Assembly (NCBI GenBank): GCA_043228905.1
Contig: JBHGNT010000729.1
Coordinates: 1-16,676, forward strand
DNA from: Azolla caroliniana
Lineage: Eukaryota; Plantae; Polypodiophyta
DNA length: 16,676 nt
Direction of reading: 5' to 3'
Under the pieces are notes generated by a model. That model had not been told where the DNA came from. It was given only the letters and a program-made list of their open reading frames with translations, and did no database searches. Of the stretch, positions 11,117 through 16,676 are shown in pieces. Made by a program: the position numbers and the translations under genes. Each line of letters opens with the position of its first letter. Position 1 is the first letter of the stretch.

Positions 11117-11167
11117 TCATATAGGGGGTTTACTGGAACTCAATAACTGACCAACTATAGCAGTTAC
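11117..11167 (-). CDS. TIM10: TIM10 coding exon 6 (VTAIVGQLLSSSKPPI*)
   Basis: Acceptor ttttttccag; TGA at 11119-11117. Confidence 0.93.
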   Translation of the reverse strand, partial: VTAIVGQLLSSSKPPI

Positions 11168-14100
11168 CTGGAAAAAACATCAACCATCAATTACTCAGCA
11201 TCAGTGGATTGTGCAATTCAAATTGCTTCATACATTCCATTTGGTAAGTTTATCACCTGCCAATACTTATGAACACACCTATCCACGCAACTGTTCTCAC
11301 CCACATTTAGATCCGAATCTTTGTATCTACAAAAAAATTACCTTATATAAATCACTGAAAAAGCTATAAATCCATGAAAATCAAAACTATAAATCCAAAC
11401 ATTAAGTAGCTTGCTGACCTTAGCTTTATTTATGTCCTTAATAATCAAATGAACACCAAAATCAATCCAACGGTAAAATGGCTAGCCAACCTTAGCCATA
11501 TTCAATGCATTAAGCCTCTAATGCATAGCACACAATAAATGCAATGTAAACTAGCTTGACAGCCTTAGCCTTGTCCATTACATCATTAATGCTTTTAATG
11601 AATACCAAACAATAAATCCCATGGTGAACTAAATGAAAACTGCTAGCCAACATTAGGATTACCAAACAATAACTACTTGGCAAGCTTTAAGCTTATCTAT
11701 ATCATTAAATCTACAATGAGTACCAAACCATACATCCAATGTTGAAGTCGCTGTCAAACATCATGTTCATCCATGTCATTGAGCCTCCAACAAATACGGA
11801 AACTATATAAATCCAACAGTAAAGTGGCTAGCCAACATTATCCTTATTCATATACTCAAATCTTCAATGCACAACAAAACTATAAATAAATCCAGTCTGG
11901 ACAAATTAGCCTTATTCATGTCAAACAGTATACAATTACTACCATAAATCATAAACCTAACAGTGATAGTTGCCAAACTTACTTCTTTTCAATGCACTTC
12001 TCAAAGCATGATTGTGTCAACCTGTGAAAGAGTTCAAACTGACACATAATGAGTAGTGAGGGGTCATATTTTAGCTATGATAAAAAATGTCCATCAGAGC
12101 AGAAAGCGTGATACTTATTATAGAGCTCAACCCGATATTCCATCTCTTGTTGAGCCATTCCAATCATCTAAAACAAATAAAAAACCCATCCCTTGTCAAT
12201 AGTACGATGGTCAATGCATGACACATGAAATTCAGTACCTAACATGCACAGTCAAGAAGAGATCAACATAATTTTCTTATTAAACCACAAGTATGAGAAA
12301 TTAAGAAAAGATTAGTCAGGATGAATGTACCATGAACTCTGCTAAATGTTTACAAGTTTAGCTGAGGATGATGCTATACACTTGTACGGATTTTAGTATT
12401 TAACATGTTTAATGGCTTACATTGTTACGTGTAACGAAGGTTAAGCTTAAACATGAGTTTTCAAGATTTTATTTGCATGATAACATGCATTATTATTATT
12501 CTTATTTAGCATGCATATACAACATCAAATCTCCCACTCTACAAGAGATTGGGGACTCTAGATGCAGAATGGCCAAGAAAGAAGTGCATAAAATGGCACC
12601 TAGACCGTTATAAATCAACCCAACCCTATTTCAATGTCCAAAGAACCTGTGGCCAAACTTGATGATTGTCACACGTGCAAATGCGCTGGCCTTATTTACC
12701 AAGGAGATCCGTGGGTCTATGCCCAAAATATATATACCAGTGAGAATCATAACTCTTATGCCTGCCTTTTGTTGCCATACAAAGACAAGATCATCCATGA
12801 GGTAAATCAGCATATATCTGGAGCCTGAATGACTTAACTATATCCTTTATACTCAATATACCCTAGATTTGAGTCGCAAATCATAGGGTTCAATTCTCTT
12901 GCCCACCATGCGACTAACTGTTAGAAACTAATAATGGCCTGAAACAGGCCTGAGGACTGTCAAGAGAAGTGTTTTACATAAGCCAATAAATACTTAAGTT
13001 TTTCACTCACTATGAGTTCATTTCACATCCAGGGAGTTTGATTGATCCTGAAAACGAAAAAGGAAAAACAGCTTGTTGGACCCTAAATATTAGCACCTCC
13101 TAACATATTTCTTTTAGTGATAATTAGTCGAAGATAGTACAGTAAGATATAGCGCATATCCTAGAAAATTCAGCTAACATTTGAAGCCTATTTCAACACT
13201 GCAACCCGTATACAGCTATTCCAAAGTATTCTCTGCTGGGCACAGCAGCAAACGGGAGTAAACCAGGTATGATTCTGATGATTTTAGTTTGTGGTTCTCC
13301 TAGACCTCTCACTTATCTACATAACTTCTTGCAATTGCACACAAACAAACACATCAGAATACAATTCTAAGCAGGGTGACCGCATGCTGATCTTAAAGCC
13401 TGCTGGAGTTTCACACTGGCCATGCCATGCCATATTGCCCAATTTGCCAGAGCCCCAAGGATCAAGTCAATATAGATTAAGTACGTAATATTAAAAACGT
13501 AATAAACCTGGGTTTCTAATAGATTCATAGTAATCTAGACCATGATGTAACGGCGAAATTATTACTCGCATTTCATTTCCATAAAAATGAAGAGCAGGTC
13601 TATGATGTCCAGAGCACGGCCATCCCAACAGTTTCCCAACTAAAGAATCATGAGATAGATAATGGCCTAAATGACTTGGGTACATACCAATGGTCCAAAT
13701 CATGTCAACCGGAAAATGAGAAGTGAAGGGATGGTAGAGTTTTTTACACCAGAGAGAGATAATGGACTTTTTTACACGCGTAGTAGTTCCTTGTTAACCA
13801 TAGCCATCCATCCAGAGATCATCTAAAAAGCCCACGGCTACACACACCCAAAAACACTCGTTCGTAGTAAAAAAAAGTCATCATATGAAGAACGCTGGAT
13901 TTAGATCACGCAACTAAAACCTCTTAAGATCAAGAAACTCTTATATTCGAGCACACAATTATCATAGTTTTACTCTAAAGGCTAAAACAGATTTTACTCT
14001 TAACATGGTCAAGAGACCTAAAAGCTTTTATGCAAACGTTAGAAATGTGGCGAGATGAGTGAAACGAGGCTCTCACCTCATCGGCCTCCTTTCTGGCCGT

Positions 14101-14232
14101 TTCAGAAGGCTGCTTCCCTCCTGAGGAAGAAGAAGAAGAAGAAGAAGAATTAAATAAAAAGGCAAAGGCATTCCATTCAGCAGAGAGTTTGATTCGGAAG
14201 GATTATATAATACCCAGCTTATTGGACGACAT
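11117..14232 (-). CDS. TIM10: Mitochondrial import inner membrane translocase subunit TIM10; six coding exons, 91 aa
   Basis: Exons 14232-14214, 14120-14077, 12167-12115, 12021-11983, 11326-11257 and 11167-11117; all introns GT-AG with consistent phase; 276 nt. Protein: MSSNKLGGKQPSETARKEADEMIGMAQQEMEYRVELYNKLTQSCFEKCIEKKYKDSDLNVGENSCVDRCVHKYWQVTAIVGQLLSSSKPPI*. Twin CX3C (CFEKC, CVDRC), EMEYRVEL and GENSCxDRCVxKYWQV match plant TIM10. Confidence 0.95.
11257..11326 (-). CDS. TIM10: TIM10 coding exon 5 (YKDSDLNVGENSCVDRCVHKYWQ)
   Basis: Acceptor tttttttgtag, donor CAG|gtgata; contains the second CX3C. Confidence 0.96.
11389..11930. repeat. Diverged ~75-bp minisatellite in TIM10 intron 4 (about 7-8 units)
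   Basis: ataaatcca-like unit heads at 11389, 11461, 11535, 11612, 11730, 11807 and 11886, each followed by gctagccaac- or tagcttg-like cores and cttagcctt-like motifs. Confidence 0.75.
11983..12021 (-). CDS. TIM10: TIM10 coding exon 4 (LTQSCFEKCIEK)
   Basis: Acceptor ctttcacag, donor gtaagt; contains the first CX3C. Confidence 0.96.
12115..12167 (-). CDS. TIM10: TIM10 coding exon 3 (MIGMAQQEMEYRVELYN)
   Basis: Acceptor ttatttgttttag, donor gtatca. Confidence 0.95.
14077..14120 (-). CDS. TIM10: TIM10 coding exon 2 (GKQPSETARKEADE)
   Basis: Acceptor (TTC)n-ctcag, donor GAG|gtgaga; phase-0 join to exon 3. Supported by splice signals and phase rather than homology. Confidence 0.8.
14214..14232 (-). 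CDS. TIM10: TIM10 coding exon 1 (MSSNKL)
   Basis: gccATG start context, donor G|gtatta, 93-bp intron, phase compatible with exon 2. Confidence 0.72.
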
Positions 14233-14264
14233 GGCCTTGCTTGGTTGGTTGGGTGTGGTGAAGA

Positions 14265-14720
14265 AAGGAAGGAAGGAAGGAAGGAAGGAAGGAAGAAACC
14301 CTTTGCTCTCGCTGTCTGTCTGTCTGCCTGTCTGTCTGTCTGTCTGTCTTCCTTCCTTCCTTCCTTGCTGCTGCTGCTGCTGTGTATGTAGTTGGGTAGT
14401 GTTAGGGTTGTTTATATGTTGTGAGTAAATAGCAGAATGTATATGTACTACATACATGCATACATACTCTATAGAGTCAGTCAGTCAGTCAGTCAGTCTA
14501 GTATGTATGTATGTATTGTATGTACATACTCGCCTCTCCTCTCTGTCCCCATTTCTTTCTCTTTATCTCCCCTCCCTAGTAAGTAGTAGTCTATCTAGTA
14601 CCTACCTACACATTTCATTCCGTCACTACTCAAAACTACACTACACGCACATATTTTATTACATACATACTTATTACTGATACATACATACATATGAAGT
14701 CGGTCTCGGTCTCGGTCTCA
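14265..14720. repeat. Microsatellite cluster in the TIM10 leader/promoter
   Basis: (GGAA)n, (CTGT)n, (TTCC)n, (TGC)5, (AGTC)n, (GTAT)n, (TACA)n and (GGTCTC)3 runs. Confidence 0.92.
14402..14416 (-). promoter_or_regulatory. Candidate TIM10 core promoter: TATAAA followed by telo-box-like AACCCTAA
   Basis: Minus strand reads TATAAAcAACCCTAA about 180 bp upstream of the ATG. Confidence 0.45.
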
Positions 14721-15342
14721 GTCATTTAAGGGTATTCAATTTCTATCTAAGTCTTACTTAGAATAGAGATAAGTAAACATGTTTTGGGGCGGGGCAGGCT
14801 TATTAATCTCAAGTCGCTTTGCAGGTGAAAGAGCCATGCCCTGCCCAGAATCAATGTCTTCCAATCGAGCTTACGAACGGACAACATCAACTTGTCTTCC
14901 TTGTTGACGGCCTACAGTGGTCAATTTAGGTCCCCCCAACGGTCTCACTAAAGAAACTCATCATTCTCCTTGTCGTTTCTTTCCCAAAAGTAAACATCAC
15001 ATATCAATTAACGCTAAAATATGGATGGATGGATGGATGGACAGATGGAGGATGTATGTGCAAATCATTTCAATATATTATTATAGTGGTTCTCAGTAGG
15101 TAACAATGAGATTTGCGGATATGAATCCCTCATATTGACAATGGCTCTTAGAGTATTTGAATCCAATATTACACAAGATTCACAATATCTGACCCTTTTA
15201 CGTAACGTGAGAAAACATAAGAATAAAATAGTGTTGGGGGAATATCCTTGAGTTTCAGCATTGCATGTCTAGGTTCAATGATCAATTTGCATTAGGTATT
15301 GTAAGCCTCGTGAATTGTTTTAAAGTCAAAGCTTGGGCCACC

Positions 15343-15797
15343 TGTTACGGGCATGACCATATAATAACCCGTGGCAAGATTGTACCGTAGTATTTTATAC
15401 ACGTGAATAAAGTGTGAGGGTTAAACGAGAGTGTAAAGAAGGGAAGGATTACTTTTAATCCTTGGGATTGAGACAACCCATTAAGGCCAAGTGTTAACTT
15501 GCATGGGGGGCTTAGGTCTAGCTATAAATATGAGGCCTACCTACCCTCATTTGACACGTTATCATCTATGTCGAGACTCTGAATTCGTGGTGATTAAACT
15601 CTTGAAGCGAGTGCGCCAGTACTAGCTACGATTTGATGCCACGACATGTATGGGACGCCGATCGAGGCTTGAGTCCGTCTCGATCCCTTCACTCAGGGGT
15701 GGTCGGGTGGATCATCACCCTTCTTTCTCTCTCTCCTTTCTATTTTCCAATAATATATTTCCTTATCTCATACTTACATTAGGTTCAAGCTCTAACA
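15343..15797 (+). repeat. 5' LTR (455 bp)
   Basis: Inverted termini TGTTA...TAACA, TATAAATA at 15523-15530 and a CT-rich tract near 15720. Left flank CCACC (15338-15342) is the predicted TSD. Confidence 0.85.
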
Positions 15798-15799
15798 CT

Positions 15800-15811
15800 T
15801 GGTATCAGAGC
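15800..15811 (+). other. Primer-binding site, tRNA-iMet
   Basis: TGGTATCAGAGC 2 nt after the LTR end. Confidence 0.95.
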
Positions 15812-16065
15812 TTTGATTCCTAATGTTTCTTTTAATGATTGGTTTTTGTTTTTTGGTTGGATGGTGATCGATTGATGTGTGGTCGACCTTGATCCAAAAA
15901 GGCATCAACAAAAGAACTTCGATATTCTTTGTTCGGTATGGACCTCCATGTATTGGGTTTTAGGATTAAGGTGTTTCTTTATGGAGTGCGGAGACGGTAT
16001 ATCGCTCAAACATGAGCTCCACTTCCGATAGCAATGTCCCCCTATAGAATCATTGCTATCATGGA

Positions 16066-16218
16066 TGTAACTAGGACTTCCCGGGAGGTCACCCATCCCA
16101 GTTGTTCTAGCTCAAGCACGCTTAACAAGCAATGCCCAAAGCATCTAGGCAACCACAAAACTCATGGCATGTGAGTTGCCAAGGTAGGTAGGAAAGTACT
16201 ACACATTGATCCCCAACA
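16066..16218 (-). mobile_element. Cassandra-like (5S-bearing TRIM) lone LTR, 153 bp
   Basis: Minus strand begins TGTTGGG, ends AGTTACA and contains a 5S rRNA A-box/C-box segment. No clean TSD, PBS or PPT is adjacent. Confidence 0.7.
16073..16126 (-). promoter_or_regulatory. 5S rRNA-derived Pol III internal control region (A box, C box); not a full 5S gene
   Basis: Minus strand GTTAAGCGTGCTTGAGCTAGAACAACTGGGATGGGTGACCTCCCGGGAAGTCCT versus plant 5S (recalled) GTTAAGCGTGCTTGGGCGAGAGTAGTACTAGGATGGGTGACCTCCTGGGAAGTCCT. The first ~50 nt of 5S and the oligo-T terminator are absent. Confidence 0.9.
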
Positions 16219-16676
16219 AGTGGTTGGCGGTCACCCGCTAGTGGGATATATCCGACTGCAAACGGACCGAAACTCAACAAGCGAGAACTTGACCGCATGT
16301 CCAACCTTATCTAGCGTGCTCGATAGTGTTTAATGTATTTGTTCTTGAGGTCCGGAGTTCAAATATGGCCAAGACTATAAAACATTATTGATACATATGA
16401 CTATAAAACATGTTTCGACTTTAGGTCTAAGTGCACTTCGGGGCCCTCATAATTGGATTTAAAGAGCCGAAACCACATGGGTGGGCACAAAGACATAGTT
16501 TATTGTTAACATTTTTTCATGTATAAACTATTCATGACATGAACATACATGGTTGAGCCTCGGGGAGCCACCATGAAAAAATCGATATAGAGATCAGGGA
16601 AAGACATTCATTTGTCGCCCCATGGTTTTTAAAACACCTTTGTGTTACCATAGTAACTTGATTTTGAACCTCATCT

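Larger units (their letters stand above)
15343..16676 (+). mobile_element. LTR retrotransposon 5' part (LTR + PBS + internal sequence with no recognisable gag); superfamily and right-hand extent unresolved
   Basis: LTR followed 2 nt later by TGGTATCAGAGC; no second LTR in the window. Confidence 0.7.

Noticed and set aside
12631-12813. Minus ORF with LIYLMDDLVFV and YILGID, reminiscent of LINE reverse transcriptase motifs
   Set aside because: Motif spacing is too short and similarity too weak to call by eye. It may be an intronic LINE remnant and needs an HMM search.
12850-12908. tRNA-like 3' end (gggttcaattctcttgcccacca)
   Set aside because: A B-box-like motif and CCA are present, but I could not build an A box or cloverleaf; at most a degenerate SINE/tRNA fragment.
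14189-14680. Plus-strand ORFs 14189-14428 and 14456-14680
   Set aside because: Low-complexity translations of microsatellites, antisense to TIM10.
16073-16126. Functional 5S rRNA gene
   Set aside because: Only about 54 nt of the 3' half are present; the 5' end and oligo-T terminator are missing, it is not arrayed, and it is embedded in an LTR-like unit.
16305-16380. Possible tRNA-derived SINE head (tagcgtgctcg ... gaggtccggagttcaaat)
   Set aside because: Both boxes are degenerate and no tail or TSD is visible; support is insufficient.

Overview
Repeat-rich land-plant nuclear DNA; the retroelement types suggest a seed-free plant, possibly a fern, but this is inference. From left to right: (1) the 5' end of a decayed minus-strand Ty1/Copia element (gag with 3 stops, tRNA-iMet PBS, ~467-bp LTR); (2) AT/ATAG microsatellites; (3) a decayed L1-type LINE ORF2 3' end with a zf-RVT motif; (4) a very old minus-strand Ty3/Gypsy pol relic, reworked by an old ~274-bp triplication, a 421-bp hAT-type MITE with an 8-bp TSD, and nine apparently identical 608-bp tandem copies (3905-9379); (5) one intact six-exon minus-strand host gene, mitochondrial TIM10 (91 aa, twin CX3C), absent from the ORF track; (6) a microsatellite-rich leader/promoter; (7) a second, plus-strand LTR element (LTR plus PBS) containing a nested 153-bp LTR with a 5S rRNA internal promoter (Cassandra-like). 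I see no clearly new protein-coding system. The strongest leads are the perfect 608-bp array, the 5S-bearing LTR and candidate regulatory features of TIM10. All alignments and translations were done by eye.
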